The position numbers and the translations under genes were made by a program. DNA of 64,000 bases from the NCBI GenBank assembly GCA_004431415.1, contig QPMI01000490.1, forward strand, positions 71,065-135,064, written 5' to 3'. Positions 25,490 through 38,902 of the stretch are shown piece by piece. Numbering within the stretch: the first letter of the stretch is position 1; the number at the start of each line of letters is the position of its first letter. Under the pieces are notes generated by a model. That model ran no database searches, was not told the DNA's origin, and was given only the letters and a program-made list of their open reading frames with translations. The DNA is from Cyanophora paradoxa CCMP329 (taxonomy: Eukaryota > Plantae > Glaucophyta).

Positions 25490-28400
25490 GAGCTTCAGTA
25501 CATCAGCCCGGCCTTGAAGGCTGCGACTGGTAGTCTCTAAGGCTTCGCGATTGTCTGCAGTTCGAATTCGTATTCGCAGTTGAGTCAACAGTGCATGAAC
25601 GGCGCGAGATCTCGAGAGTCCGCCGAGGCCCTGATCATGAGGGTCCGCGCGCGCGCAGCGGGGACCTCGTTGCCCTCGGGAGGACCTAGCTATAGAGCCG
25701 CCCACACCACGTTGCTCCGGGTCCAGGTCCTGGGCCGCATCAGGCGGTTTGATTCGCAGGAATCGCAGCTCGAACTGGGAGAAAGCGAAGACATGCGCGA
25801 TCACCCGACGAAGACGGTCACGATCATGAATGAACATGAACTCGCGGTGGCTCGCCGCCTACGCCTCGGCCACGGCCTCGCCGCGCGGCCCCGGACCCTG
25901 GCCCTGCCCCGCATCAGATCTAGACGGCCGCGGTGCACTGCGGCAGCTGGGAAAATCGATTTCATGTATTGCAAGCGGGCACGCGCACCCGATCGCGACG
26001 AAGGCGGCCGGGCCGCCGCCTCCGCCAGGGCCAGGCGAGCCTCGAGGGCGGCCTGCGCCTCCTCCGCCGCCCGCCGCTCCGCCTCCCGCTGCCGCTGCTC
26101 CAGATTCGAGGGAAGCCGGTCAGAGGAAGCCGGTTGGACATCTAGACCAGTTGGGAAGCTGGCGCCGGTGATCTAGATCTAATTTTTTAACGCACCTGGA
26201 GCTGCCCGAGCGCCGCGGCCAGGCCCGCCTCCCGCTCCGCCGCCGCCGAGAGCAGGGCCTCCATTTCCGCCAGGCGTCGCTGGAGCGGCTCGACTTGCAT
26301 GCGTACAGCCGCTTCGACTTCGGAGCGGAGGGGCTGCGCCTGCAGCTGCAGCTGCTGGCGCGGGCCGCCCGGCGGCTGGTAGGGGCGCGGCGCCGGCGCC
26401 GACCGGGAGCTCGAGGGGGACTGGAGGTGGTTTAGGGCGGGTGGAGGGCCAGTATCTATGCCAACATTGCTGTTTGTTGCGCTCGCGACGGTGGCAGGTT
26501 TAGGAGCGACATGCACAGGGCTAGGGGCCTCGTGATCAGTCGCTGCAAAGGCCGCGGCCGTGGCCGGCGCCACTAGATCTAGAACTGGGAGATTGATAGG
26601 CGGTTCCGCTGGATCCGGAGCGACAGCTGCATGTGCGGCTGCAGGGGCCTTCGGCGTGGGCCGATGTTCGTCGAGCGGGGCGCGGCAGATGGGGCAGCAG
26701 CCGTCCGAGAAGTCCGAGCGCGCCCAGCCGTCGATGCACGAGCCGTGGAACTCGTCTGCGAAATTGCAACCCTTCGGTCGAACCCCCGGGTGATGGGGAG
26801 CTCGAGGGCGGGAGGGAAGCGTGTATACGCACGGCCGCAGAGGAGGCGGCGGGCGGGGCCGCGCGTGGCCGACGCGGTCAGCGGCTCGCTGCAGATGGCG
26901 CACTCACGATCGTCCTCGGTGCTGCTGCGTCGGACGGGTCCGGAGACCGAAGAAAAAGAAGCGAAAGGCCTGCGAAGATTTTGAGAGCTGTACAAACACA
27001 ACGTAATTTAAATTATACATCGTTGTCGCCGGGCGCGAGCGCCGGCGCCGCTCACGGTGTTGCCGGCGCGAGCGCCGGCGCCGCTACATCGGGGTTGTGC
27101 AGGTACCTGCGCATGCGAAATTAAAGCCAGCAGTAAGATTTTATATTAAGCTTAAGAGATGTAGGTGGCAGGTATTGAAAGATTACCCACCGGCAACGGC
27201 CCCCGAGGCGGCAAAAGCCCCTCGCAAAATAGCGACACGCAGATCTAATCGCTTCCTTCCCCTTCGCCTTCAGCTTTCGGTCCGCCTTCAAAGGGGCCTT
27301 CTGTTTGCTCCCGGTCAGGTTCGACTCGGCCTTCGCGGCCGACTCGCGATCTCCATCAGGAGCGGCCGGCACCGGCGCTGTCCCGGGCTGAACATGTGCA
27401 ATCGGGGGAAAGTCACTGAGCGACTCGAGATCTGGCACCTCCAACTCGCTGCTGGGAGGTCGAAGGCGAGTTCCGCAAAGTTTTGCAATTGCAAATATTA
27501 ATAGGGAAAGCGAATTCGAACGTGCCTGGATTTGGGGCGCGGGGCCTCGAGGGCGTCGCGATGGGCAAGAGCGGACTGCGCGGCTGCAAGCTGCTCCACC
27601 AACGATCCCGATCGCGGCAGCTGCAGCGAATCGACGCTCTCTCCACGCGAAGCACGCGAGCCTTCTGCGGACAGATGACCGGAACGTCCATCGCGATCGA
27701 GAGCGATATCGATCGATATCAAGGGCGGGGAAATTTTCAAAGGACGGACCCTCCAGATCTTCATTCGTGGTGGCGTTGCCGATTTTGTGGAGCAGAGCCC
27801 GGATTCTGCGGATGATGCCTTAATCATGGACCGGATCGGGAGTAGCTAGTGCTAATCTTCGGGACGCGGGCGCACATTTCCAGCAGGGTTTCTCCGGCGG
27901 GGGCTCCGGGAAGCAGGCGGAGAGCGGCCGCGCACGCCTCCCGAGCCGCTCCGAACTCCGACAGCCGAACGAGACGCTCCGCAAGGGCCACTCGGGCCTC
28001 AACGTCGGCGGGGTCGCGCTGCGAATTCGACTTCAATTTGTAATTGGCAGGCCTCCGCGAGGGTCGCATTGTAATTAAGGCACCCCTACAACGGACAGAA
28101 GCTGGTCTTTCGCAGAGACCACCTGCCGCTCCTGAACTTCTGTACATGTACATGTGGTCTCGCATCAGTCCGGACGTCAACCGTGTACGTCAACGTTTCA
28201 GCTCAATTCAACTCGCCTGAAGGGAACTCATCACTTGGTGCATCGGCCCCTTCTTCCTCCATGCCTCGTCTTGATTCCAGCAGCAGCCTCTGGACGCTGC
28301 GCATGCGGAAAATTAGAACGTTTACCCCGCGCGTCGACAGAGACGCCAGACAACGTTTCTACAGCCGAACCGTTCCAGCCGCTCGTCGCCAGCAGGGATC

Positions 28401-30560
28401 AGGCGGAGCACGGCCGAACTCTGGAATAGGGCCTCGTCGAAGTAAGACAGCCGAAAAAGGCACTCCGCGAGGGCTGTGCGAGCTTCCACGTCGGCGGCGT
28501 CTCGCTGCACAAAGGGAGGTTCAATTGCAAGACCGTCAAACAGCTGCAGGGTGGATTCGATTCTAAAACTTAAGATCGAGAGTTAAGAGAGCGTTTAACG
28601 GATATGCATTGGGCGTGGTAGGCAACTTGAAGTTAGGCATATATATATGTGGATAGCGTTTAATCCATGTTTGATGTATTTCGATTTCTGGTGCACCCGC
28701 AGAGCCCGGAGAAGCTGCTCCTCGGCGAGGCCCCACTCGGACTGCGCCATCAGCTCCAGCCCCCGCGCCTTTGAAGAGTTATAATCAAGAATTGAGATGA
28801 GAATCCAGATCGACGCAGTCGCTGTCGGGTTTGAGCGCACCTTTGCTTGTGCGAGCTTCTTCCTGCTCCGTTTTTCGCTGGGCTGAGATGACGACGGCCG
28901 TTTTTTCGACGCCCCCGGCGAAGGGGTGGATGGGGAAGCTCGAGCTCCGAGGTCTAGATCTGGGACGCAGAGCGCTAGCGCGGCTTTTTAGAATCTTCAT
29001 TTGCGCTGCAGCTGGCTGCAATAATTTCGCAAATGGGACCTGCAAGTGGTGTCGAGCTTGACGATATCAATTTCGGTGTCTTCCCTGTTTCGAATATATT
29101 AATTAATTTGAGAATTCGCCGCTGGCAGCTGCAGCTGCAACGACTTCGGTGGCTTCCGCTTCCGCACCGGGTTCGGAGCTTGCAATTGATGATGCCGCTG
29201 GCGTCGGCTCAGGTCTCGTTTCCTTCGTCAGGGACTCGTTGTAGTCGCCGATCCGTCTTTCCATCTGAAATGGCGTAATTGTATAAGCATCTGGTATATC
29301 TTGACCTTCAGCTTGCCTTGTCTCAGTCTCAAAGGCGGACCTTGTCGTATTTGAGCGCGGCAGGTCCGCTCCCGATCTTGTGGTAACACATGGAAAGATT
29401 TTTGCAGAGCGCGCGCAGAGCGCGCCTGAGCCGAACATCTGCAGCGAATGGCATGCTCGTCGGGTCGACAGCAGCCTTCCTGTCTTTGATGAACCTCGAG
29501 AAGAGTTCGTGTTTAAGAGCATCCTGGAGACCCGTTCGGAAATTCGATAAATTGTATACGTACAAGCTCTGGACAGGCGTTCATGATCACGATCAGCTAT
29601 AGCTACAGCGCACCTGGTAGTACTGGACTGCGCGCCCGGCGTTCCCCTGTACTGCCTGGGTGATCTGCCCCGCATTGAAAGCGCCGAAGAGAGCTGCCTG
29701 GGTCCGTCGGTAGCGCTTTGCGGCGTGCTGTACCATAGTCGAGGCGCTTTCTTCCTCTGACTGCCAGTAGGAACGCGTACTCATGACAGACTGCGAAGAA
29801 ACCATTTTATATATATTTAATTTGAAAATTATTGCCTCCTCTTTTAATTCGCACCTCCGCGACAATTACAGCATCGTTGAAACATGGTCCTTCCAGAATG
29901 CAGCTGTTGAACTGCCACCACAAAGCTGAGGATACCAGCTCGTAAAAATCCATCGAAAATTCAGGCTCGCTTTTGATCAAGCTCAGCGTTTTAACCACTG
30001 CGTTGACTGTCTGCTTGCTCGCCGACAGGGGGGAGTGCGGTAGTGAGCTGCAACAGAGAAAGGCCGGCGCCGCAGCGAGCTCGGTACGTTTACCTCGGTC
30101 AACTCAGTGACGAGAGGCCTGATGACATCCGTGCTCTTCGGAGACAGGCTTTGCTCCCCGAGGAGATCGAAGATTTCCAGTGCTTGCTTCACCCCAGGTA
30201 CATGCGAATGCCTCTGCCACTGCGAAAATGCGGGTCGAATCGACAACCGCGCGCGGCCGCCGGGTATATTCATGCAGATGGCCTAGGTATAGATGCGGAC
30301 CCGGACGCGAGCTTCGCTGTCGCGACGCGACAGATCGGGCTTGACGACGAGCAATTCCATTTCAATACTCCATTCTTCTTGCGGAGCGCCTGCGGCCTGG
30401 AGGGCGGAAATCGAGATCGGTTTCGACGAACCAACTCGCATCCGGCCGAATTCGAATTTAAAAAACAAGCACGGCGAAGTCTCGGAGTCGGCAATAGCAT
30501 GTGAACACTTGTCCAGATGCATCCATCGCGCTTTCGCGGTTGCCAATCGCCCGCGAAATT
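25490..30560 (-). CDS. Multi-exon TPR + CCCH zinc finger + RING-H2 + coiled-coil protein, probable E3 ligase; ends approximate and may be two genes
   Basis: TPR-like exons include ALCKNLSMCYHKIGSGPAALKY, KARGLELMAQSEWGLAEEQLLRALRV and two similar RD.ADVEAR.ALAE.L.RLS.F..A exons. The CCCH finger CRYFARGFCRLGGRCR|YLH is split by an intron (~27240-27095). The RING reads CAIC..LLCG|.EFHGSCIDGW..CCPICR (~26900-26680). Confidence 0.6.
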
Positions 30561-31088
30561 CGCGCCGCGAACTTCGCGCCTCCCTTCAAATTCGCGCCCG
30601 GCCGCAGCCGTCGTCTGATCGAAAATCTGCGGCAGCTGATCCTTCGAATTCGGCAGCCGATCCTTCGCAGGCGGAAAGAGGCGATTGCAAGCGGCGATTG
30701 CGAGACGAGGAAAGAGGCGGAAAGAGCGGAAAAGAATAATATTATTTGCGTCACGGCGGACCGGCCGGGATCGTGGGGAGATATCGCCAAGCTTAAGGGT
30801 AATTTTTATTTGTATAGGCCAGGGGAGGTCCGGTCGTTGGGCGCATCCTGTAGTTCGCGCGATCGCCGTCGGCATCGGTTGCCTGAAAATTGGATTTATC
30901 TAGCACGATTCCGTCTTCTGCTGATCCGACGATCGTGTTTTTCATTGCGTCCGACGGTCCGGCCGCCCGGGCGGTCGTTCCCCTTTGGTTTAAATTTGCC
31001 TCTTCCTCGTCAACTTCTGCCTCCCCTTCAAGGCTTCGAAATTCGGCTTGCAAAAAAAATTGGCACTTGTTCCCGCGGCTAATCGATA

Positions 31089-31148
31089 TCTTGCTTATTG
31101 CACGCCGGACGGCGCGGGCCCCCCCACCACAGTCCTAGGGTTCAACGG
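31089..31148 (+). repeat. 60-bp dispersed direct repeat, copy 2
   Basis: Matches 25325-25384. Confidence 0.9.
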
Positions 31149-31684
31149 TCTTGAATTCGTCACAGTCACAGTTTGCGCATGCAGTCACAGTCACAATATG
31201 CAGTTCGAATTCGTATACGTACTTGCAATTGATTCAACAGTGCGCGTGTTGTGTTATTAGTGCTTCAATATACTAGTTCTAGTCACTGAGTACAAGATGT
31301 TACTAGTCTGGTACTTCACTATGAGCTTTCGCAAGCCATATTAGCAGCAATGAATGTGCATGTCGCGATAATCCTGGAAAATTAAAATGAAATGGATCTG
31401 TAGGCATAGGCCGTGACAGCCACGTACACTGAGTAATCTGAACTAAAAGACCGAGCAGTAAAGGGCTGTGTAAATGTGCAGCTGGGGGCTTAAATCGGCC
31501 CTCGGCCGCGATCGAGATCGGCCCTCGCGATCGACAGCTGCAGGTGACTGCCCACGGCCAGGCCTGAACACAAGATCGCGATGGGGAGGGGGGCGCCCCG
31601 ACCGCGCCCCCTCCGGGAGCTCCCCGACCCTCGCGAGCCATCGGGCGCCGCCGCCCGGCGGCCGCCCCGCGGGCCACAGCCGCA

Positions 31685-34600
31685 TCAACGCGGCCCCGCC
31701 GCCTTCGCCCGCAGCCGCGTCACCTCCTGCGCAGCCCCGAGGTGCGGTCAGGGCCGACGGCCGCGGACGAGGCCGGCGCGACGCCGGCGCAGCCCCAGAG
31801 GCGAGGTCAGGGCCGAGGGCCCGGGGGGCCGGGGCCGGACGAGGCCGGCGCGACGCTGACGCTAAGGATCTGGGGGGCCGCCGCACCTCCATGAGGGCGC
31901 GGGCAGCGTCGGCCTCGCCCTGCGCCCGCATGACGACGGAGAGGTTCTGCATCGCCGCCAGCACGTTCGGGTGCTCCGCCCCGTGCGCCCGCCTCAGCAG
32001 CCGCAGCGCCTCCTGCGAGGGGTCGAAGACGCGTGAGGAGGGGGAGGGCAGAGGGGGAGGAAAGGCGGGCGGACCTCGAGGAGGGGGCGGGCGGCGGCGG
32101 TGTCGCCCTGGGCGTGCGTCAGGTTGGCCAGGTTCAGCGTGTACGCCGCCACCGCCGCGTGCTCCGCCCCCAGCGCCGCCCTCTTCAGCCCCAGCATCTC
32201 CTGAGGGAAGGAGGAGGTCATGATCAGCCGAACGCCGGGGGAACGATCAGCGGCTGATCGCGCGCGCGCCTGGTACGCGGCGCGGGCGGCGGGGACGTCG
32301 CGCTGCTCGAGCAGCAGCGCCGCCAGTGCCTCGAGCGTCGTCGCCACGTCGGCGTGCGCCGGGCCCAGCGCCTTCTTCAGCAGCCGCAGCGCCTCCTGCG
32401 CGGGTCGCTCTCAGGTTCCAGAGGGCCCCCAAGAAGGCGAAGGCGCCGGCGCGCGCGCCTCGAGGACGGGGCGGGCGGCCGCGTAGTCCTTCTGGGCGTA
32501 CAGCAGGCCCGCCAGGTTCTGCATCATCCGCCCCACGTCGGGGTGCTCCGGCCCCAGCGCCTTCTTGAACACCCGCAGCGCCTCCTGCAAGGGCGACGGA
32601 TGTCAGATAGGACTTTCGCGGAGGCGCGGGCGCGCGCGGGCGCGCGGGGCACCTCGTAGAGGGGCCGGGCGGAGGAGAGCTTTCCCTGCGCGTGCAGCAG
32701 CTGGGCGAGCCGCTGCGTCGTGTTCGCGACGTCGAGGTGGTCCGCCCCCAGCGCCTTCTTCCGCAGCCTCAGCGACTCCTGCGGAGCGGCGGGCGTCAGG
32801 CACGGGCGGCGGCCGGGTAGGCGGGCTGGCGCCGGCGGGCGCGCCTCGAGCATGGTCCGGGCCCCGGCGGCGTCGCCCTGGTCCTGCAGCAAGAGCGCCA
32901 GGTTCTGCAGCGTCGTCGCCTGCTGCGGGTGCTCCGGCCCCAGTGTCTTCTTCTGCACCCGCAGCGCCTCCTGCATGCGCGGCGTTGAAATCAAGAAAGC
33001 GAGAGGAAGGAGGAAGGCAGGGGGCCGGCACCTCGTACAGGGGCCGCGCCGCCGCGAGCTTGCCCTGCGCCTTGAGCGCCAGGGCCAGGTTCTGCATGGT
33101 GCCCGTCACGTCCGGGTGCTCCGGCCCCATCGACTTCTTCAGCAGGCGCAGCGCTTCCTGCGCGGCGCGGAGAACGATCAACGATCTAGAGAGGGAGGGG
33201 GGCGGCGGGGGGCGCCGGCCGGACCTCGAGGAGCGGCTGCGCCGCCGCGTAGTCCCCCGCGCCGATCCGCATGCTCGCGAGGTTCTGCATCGTCTTCGCG
33301 ACCTGCGGGTGCTCCGCCCCGTGCGCCTTCTTCTGCACCCGAAGCGCCTCCTGCGCAGGCCGGTCCGAAGCCGTCAGCGGTGCGGGGCGAAGGGCAGGGA
33401 AGCAGATCTAGAGGCCCCGGTGGGGAGAGTGGCTGCGCGAGCGCGCGCTCGCCTCGAGCATGGGCCGCGCGGCGGCGGCGTCGCCCGTGGCGTAGAGCAG
33501 CAGGGCCAGGTCCTGCATGGCGGAGGCTACCTCGGGGAGCTCCGCCCCGCCCGCCTTCCTCTGCAGCCGCAGCGCCTCCTGCTCGGAAAAGGTCAGAGCT
33601 CGGAAAAGAGCGCAGAAGCGACGGGGCGGCGCGCCACACCTCGTAGAGGGGCCGGGCGGCCGCGTAGTCGCCCTGGGCCTCGTGCAGGTTGGCCATCTTC
33701 TGCATCGCCCTCGCCACGTTCGAGTGCTCGGGCCCCAGCGCCTTCTTGTAAAGCTGCTGCGCCTCCTGCGCGGGGCGGCCGGGGCGGCCGGTCACCGACA
33801 CGGACGAAGCCTAGACCTAGGGCGGGGAGGAGGAGGCGGCGGGGGCGGGCCTCGAGCAGGGGCCGCGCGGCCTTGAAGTCGCCCTGGGCCTTGAGCAGGG
33901 TGGCCAGGTTCTCCAGCGCCAGCCCGACCTCGGGGTGCCCCGGCTCCAGCGTCTTCCTCCGCACCCGCAGAGACTCCTGCCCGGCCCGCGCGCGTGGGAC
34001 TCCGGCGCGGATCCGGAGAAGAAGGGGCCGGGCGCCGGGCGCCGGTCGCACCTCGTAGAGGGGGCGGGCCCCCGCGAAGTCGCCGGTCGCCATCCGCAGG
34101 TTCGCGAGGCTGAGGGCCGCCGCCGCCGCGTCCGCGTGCTCCGGCCCCCTCAACTTCGTCTGCAGCCGCAGCGCCTCCTGCGCGACCGGAAGTCAGCGGG
34201 CGCGGAGGGGCGGGTCGGCAGAGCGCGCCTGGAGGAACGGGATGCCCTCGCCGGCGCGGCCCATCGCGTCCAGGAGGACGCCCGCCCGCCGCAGGTCCGC
34301 CGGGTCCGCCTCGTCGCTGCCCTTGTGCAGCGCCGCCGCGAGCCGCCCGGCCGCCTCCGCCGGGCGCCCGCTGGCGAGCCAGAGCCGAGCCGCCTCCGCC
34401 TCGTCCAGGTGCCGGAGGACGTCGGGCCGGCACAGGACGTCCGCGAGGCGCTCCGCCGAGCCCGGCCCGCCCCGCGCCAGCGCCCAGGGCGCCTCCTCCG
34501 CGCGCCGCTGCGACGCCGGCCGCCGCGCGAAGAAGGCGCCCAGGCTCGCGTGCATGGCCGCCCGCTCGCCCTCCACCGGCGCCAGCGCGCCGCCGGCGCC

Positions 34601-35883
34601 CCGCCGGCCTCGCGGGCCAGGCCGAACTCGAGCTCGGCCGCCTCGCCGGCCGAGCGGTGCGCGAAGGCGAAGAGGCCGCCCCCGGAGGCGAGGAGCGGCC
34701 GGAACTCGCCCCAGAAGCGGTCCCACTCCTCGGGCTCGGGCCCGCCGATGTTGTCGACGCCCACCAAGGCCTTCAGCTCGTCCTCCGCCATGCCGCGCCG
34801 GGCGCACGCGACGGCCGATGCCGCCTCGCGCACGAGCGACGCGCCGTGGCGCGCGGCGAGGCGGCGCAGGACGGCGCGGAAGAGGTCCCGCGGCGCGCCC
34901 CCGCAGCCGAGCAGCGCGTCAACTTCGGCCTCGAGGTGGGCCTCGGCCGGGGCGCGCGAGAGCTCGTCGAGGAGGACGGCGAGGAAGAGCGGGCGGCGGC
35001 ACGCCTCGGCCCGCGCGACGCGCTCGAGGCACGCGTCGGGCAGGGGGCGCCCCCGCTCGCGGAGCGCGGCCTCGGCCGCCGCGCGGCGCCGGGCCTCCGA
35101 GAGCGGCGCGACCTCGCGCGCCGTGTGAGGCCTCGCCATCGCCGCGTCGAGGACAGGGCCTGCGCGCGGGGCCGCGTCGGCGGAGCGCCGGGCGCGCGAG
35201 CGGCGGCGGCCGCCGCACCGCGCGGGCCGCTCGAGACGAGGATGCGGAGGCGGGGGCCGGCGGCTGGCGGGAGCCATGCGAGGTCGCGCACGGCGGTCGC
35301 CGAGTCTTCCCGGAGCGCGTCCAGACCGTCCAAGGCGAGGACGACGCGGGCGGCCGAGCTGGAGGCGCCAGCGGCGAGGAAGGCGCTCAGGCGGGCGGCG
35401 ACCTCGGCCTCCGAGCCGCGCAGGTTGAGGCCCTCCGTACCGGGCCATTGGGCGCGGATCACATCCCCGCTGAGGCGCCTGCCGGGCGCGTGAGCATCCG
35501 TATAAGTGGGGATGAGGGGCGCGTGCGGCGCGGGCCGCGCGGCGCCCGCACCGGGCGATGGAGGCGAGCGGCGCGCTGCCCTGCGATTCGAAGCCGAAGT
35601 ACAGAATCATCACGTCGTCCGGGTGCAAGGCCGCCCACTCTTTCGCCCAGTTGGCGAGGAGAGCTGCCGGCGGCGCATGCGGTCAGCTCGATCGGATCGA
35701 GCGGGCGGATCGATAGAACTGCGCATGCACACCGCTCTTGCCGCAGCCTTCCTCCCCGCGCACGATGAGGATCTCAGGCCCCGAGGCCGCCGCGTACGCG
35801 CTCAGGGCCTCCATCTCCTCCTCGTCGCGCACAAACACACGCTGCAGCATCGCGTCGCCCGCCCGCTCCGCGGGCTGATCCAT
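31685..35883 (-). CDS. P-loop NTPase (NACHT/AAA_16-like) plus 12 kinesin-light-chain-type 42-aa TPR repeats (nephrocystin-3-like / STAND-TPR architecture)
   Basis: Walker A ILIVRGEEGCGKS (~35760) and Walker B-like VVLALDGLDAL (~35330) are present, as is PLFLAVLLDEL..FAFAH. Repeats follow EAL.L.KK.LGPEHP.VA..MQNLA.LL.AQGD..AARPLYE. Stop TGA is at 31685-31687. Confidence 0.82.
31887..34177 (-). repeat. Array of 12 phase-0 exons of 126 bp, each encoding one TPR repeat
   Basis: Three exons were checked at base level (34052-34177, 33032-33157, 31887-32012) and each is 126 nt. The other nine translate to 42-aa units separated by ~60-100-nt introns. Confidence 0.9.
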
Positions 35884-36465
35884 CGCAGACCCCGCCGGAG
35901 CATGTACCCCCCGAGACCCGAACTTCAGATCTGCGCCCTTCTTTTCGCATGACGTCGACGCGCTCTGAAGTCAATTCTAGGCGCAGCGCGGTGCAGGGAA
36001 GGCGGTGCAGGCCCGCTGCAGCCCAGGCGAGCTAGCGTCACATCCGGACTACAGCCGTTTCTCAGTGCTTCAGATCTAGCTATATAGACCCGATCAACCG
36101 ATCGGCCCGACAGAATACATCCTCCGGCTGCGTACGTTGGTTTTGGAGAAGATCCCGGCCTCAGCTCCCAATTGTAAGCTCACGCCCGAACGTCAGACTA
36201 GTACTTAAGCTTGCACATGCATATGCATATGCGCATGCCGGGCGAGAGCTGAGCTTTACATCGAACCGTTGGACCCCCGAAGTTCCAGCTCATGATTAGG
36301 ACGTGCAACCCGCACGGGGGCCGACGCGTGCAGATCGATATCTTGAGATAGGACCGGTATACGTACCGGCCGCGGCGCGGCCCGGACGTCGACCGGGCAG
36401 AGCGCGACGTAGCCTCCGGCCGGCCGGCCAGCGCTGATCCCTCTGAGCGATCTCGGGGCAAGGCC

Positions 36466-38412
36466 ATGGGCGTCGTGGTCTCGTCGGCGTCCGTGGCGTC
36501 TTCTCCGCCCTCCTCGCACTCCAGCTTCCAGCTGGAAAAGCCCGGGGCCGGCTCGCAGCGCCGCGGCTCGCGGCCGCGCACGCTCTCGGGCTCCTCGTCG
36601 GCGTCGGGATCGGGCGAGGCGCAGCCGCAGCCGCGGCTGCACTGGGCGCTCGCGCACGTGCACCGCCTCCAGGCGCACCTCCGCCAGCGCCTCGACTCGA
36701 ACGCCCTACCGGACCCCGAGCCGCACGAGGAGGAGGCCCCCGCCCCGGCCCCGGCCCCGGCCCCGCCCCGGGCTCCTCCGGCGCGGCACGGCAGCTGGGG
36801 CTCGCGGCGGGGGTCGACGTCCCTGAACCGGGACCGGACGCCGGAGCGCCCGGAGCCGCCGGACCCCGCCGCCGCCGCCGCCGCCGCCCGCATGCTCAAG
36901 ACGTTCGAGCCTTCCGCCGTCCCTTCCCTCACCGTCTGCCCCCCGCCGGCCCCGCCCCGCTCCGCCCCCGAGCACCCCGCCGAGCCGCCCCCGCGCTTCC
37001 TGCACGGGGCGCGGGAGGGGTACGGCGAGCTGGAGCGGGCGGGCCTCTCGCTGCCCGCGCTGGCGGCCCTCGTCAACCACGCGGAATTCGCGGGGGACCC
37101 GGAGGCTTGGGCCCCCGCCCTGCTCGCCCTCGCCCTCTGCGAGCTCGCCGACCGCGGGCTCGCCGGCTTCGCCCCCCCCGCCGAGGACGGCATCGCCGCC
37201 GGCGAGGCCGGGTACGGCAACTTCGCCGTCGTCCTGGCGGATCCGGGGGGGTACGAGGATGCCGAGGGGCCGGGGCTGCCCGGGGGGCTGGGGGCCATCG
37301 CCGCCTTCGTCGCCTCGCGGGGCGGGCGGGCCACGACCCTCGAGATCTGCCGCGCCTTCATCGCTCAGGTGAGCCAGATCCCGCCCTGGCCCGCGGCCGG
37401 CGCCCCGCCGCCCCGGACCGGAGCCGGCTGGGCTGACCGCTTACCCCCCCGCGCAGCGCGACCCGGAGGCGGAGGAGGGCACCGGGGTGCGGGGCCGCGT
37501 CTACTCCCGGGTACCCTTCCCCCCTTCCCCCCCCCTCTCCTACCCCGTCTCACGGGCCCCAGTACACGGGCGCGCTCTCGCGGGAGCTGGCGGAAGCCGG
37601 CCTCAAGCGCGTCCTGCCCCACGTCGCCGCCTTCCGCCTCCCACCCCGCCCCGCCCCGCCCCCCTCGGGCCCCGGGGGGCCGGCGCCGGCGCCGGGCGGG
37701 GCCGGCGGGGGCCGCCCCGCGATCTCGCCCTCGTGCCCGCTGACGCCGGCGGGGCGGCGGGCGGCCGTCGCCGGCGCCGTGCTCGCCGGGGCCCTCTGGG
37801 AGGCCGAGCGAGCCCGCCGCGCCCTCTCCCTCCTCTCCCGCGGCCTCCTCCGCCAGCTCTGCTCGGGCCCCCTGTACGCGTACCCCCCCGCGGAGGAGCC
37901 CGCGGCGGCGTACCCCCGGAACCCCATCCCGGCGGCGCTGATGCTGGCTCTGGAGGATAGGCAGCGCCCCCGGTTCGCCGCCTCCCTTGCCGGGCCCGCC
38001 GGCGCCGGGCCCGGCGCCGACCCCCTCCCGGGCCTCGGGCGCGTACCCCCCGAGCCCGAGCCCCCCGGGCCAGAGGGCGGGCCCGCCTTCTCCATCGACT
38101 CCGCGGACGTCCTAGCGTGCGCCGGCTACCCCTCCCCCCCCTCCTCTTCCTCACCTGAGGCGCCTCCCCCCCCCCCACCGCAGGCGGGTGCTGTTCCTCA
38201 CGGAGTCGCGGCGCCCCTGGGGGCGGCGGCACCTCTGGGAGAACACGTGGGTGGCCGGCCTCGCCGCCGCCCGCGAGAAGGAGAGCCCCGGCCCCGGCCC
38301 CGGCCCCGGCCCCGAGCCCAGCCGGCAGCGCCCCGCCCCCTTGGCCTGGGCCCCCCCGGCTCCCCTGGAGCTCCCTGGCCCCGCCCCGCCCCTCCCGATC
38401 GCGGCCGCGTGA
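36466..38412 (+). CDS. Multi-exon hypothetical protein
   Basis: Long first exon MGVVVSS..GYGNFAVVLADPGGY..TTLEICRAFIAQ ends at the donor gtgagc. Further exons follow with plausible splice sites, and the last ends at TGA 38412. No domain was recognised. Confidence 0.5.
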
Positions 38413-38504
38413 CCGCGGCGCTGCTGCCAACTTAAGCTTGGGGCCGGCACCGGTCGCCGGACAGGTGAGCCTGCAGCTGGTGACAAGTGGTGAGCCTTGA
38501 GCTC

Positions 38505-38610
38505 CGATCGCGAGCTTGGCCTGCCACTGACTCATTAGCCTTCATTAGCCTCCGAGCTTGGCCTGCCACTAGCTCACTAGCCAGCTGAAGCCTTATTGAT
38601 TAGCCTTCAT
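38505..38610. repeat. Short degenerate intergenic tandem repeat
   Basis: gagcttggcctgccact occurs twice, with several attagccttc units. Confidence 0.6.
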
Positions 38611-38902
38611 TGTAGCCTTGTTAATTATATACAATCGTTGGCGTTGATCACGTTGGCATCGGTTGATTGATTATATCTATAAAATTCTGCCATATCGATC
38701 TACCACATACTGAATCACGATATCGCGATCGATCGCGAGCGCGATATCGCGACGTTGATCGCGAGCTCGAGGCGAAGGCACACGACTTCCCCGACTCCCT
38801 CCCCGGGTCTCGGAAGGGGTATAGGTCCCATCGCAGCGGTGGCCAGCTCCAGTCGCAGCCGTCTGACCTCTTGTCTTTACGTGGATTCGAGCATCAATAT
38901 TA

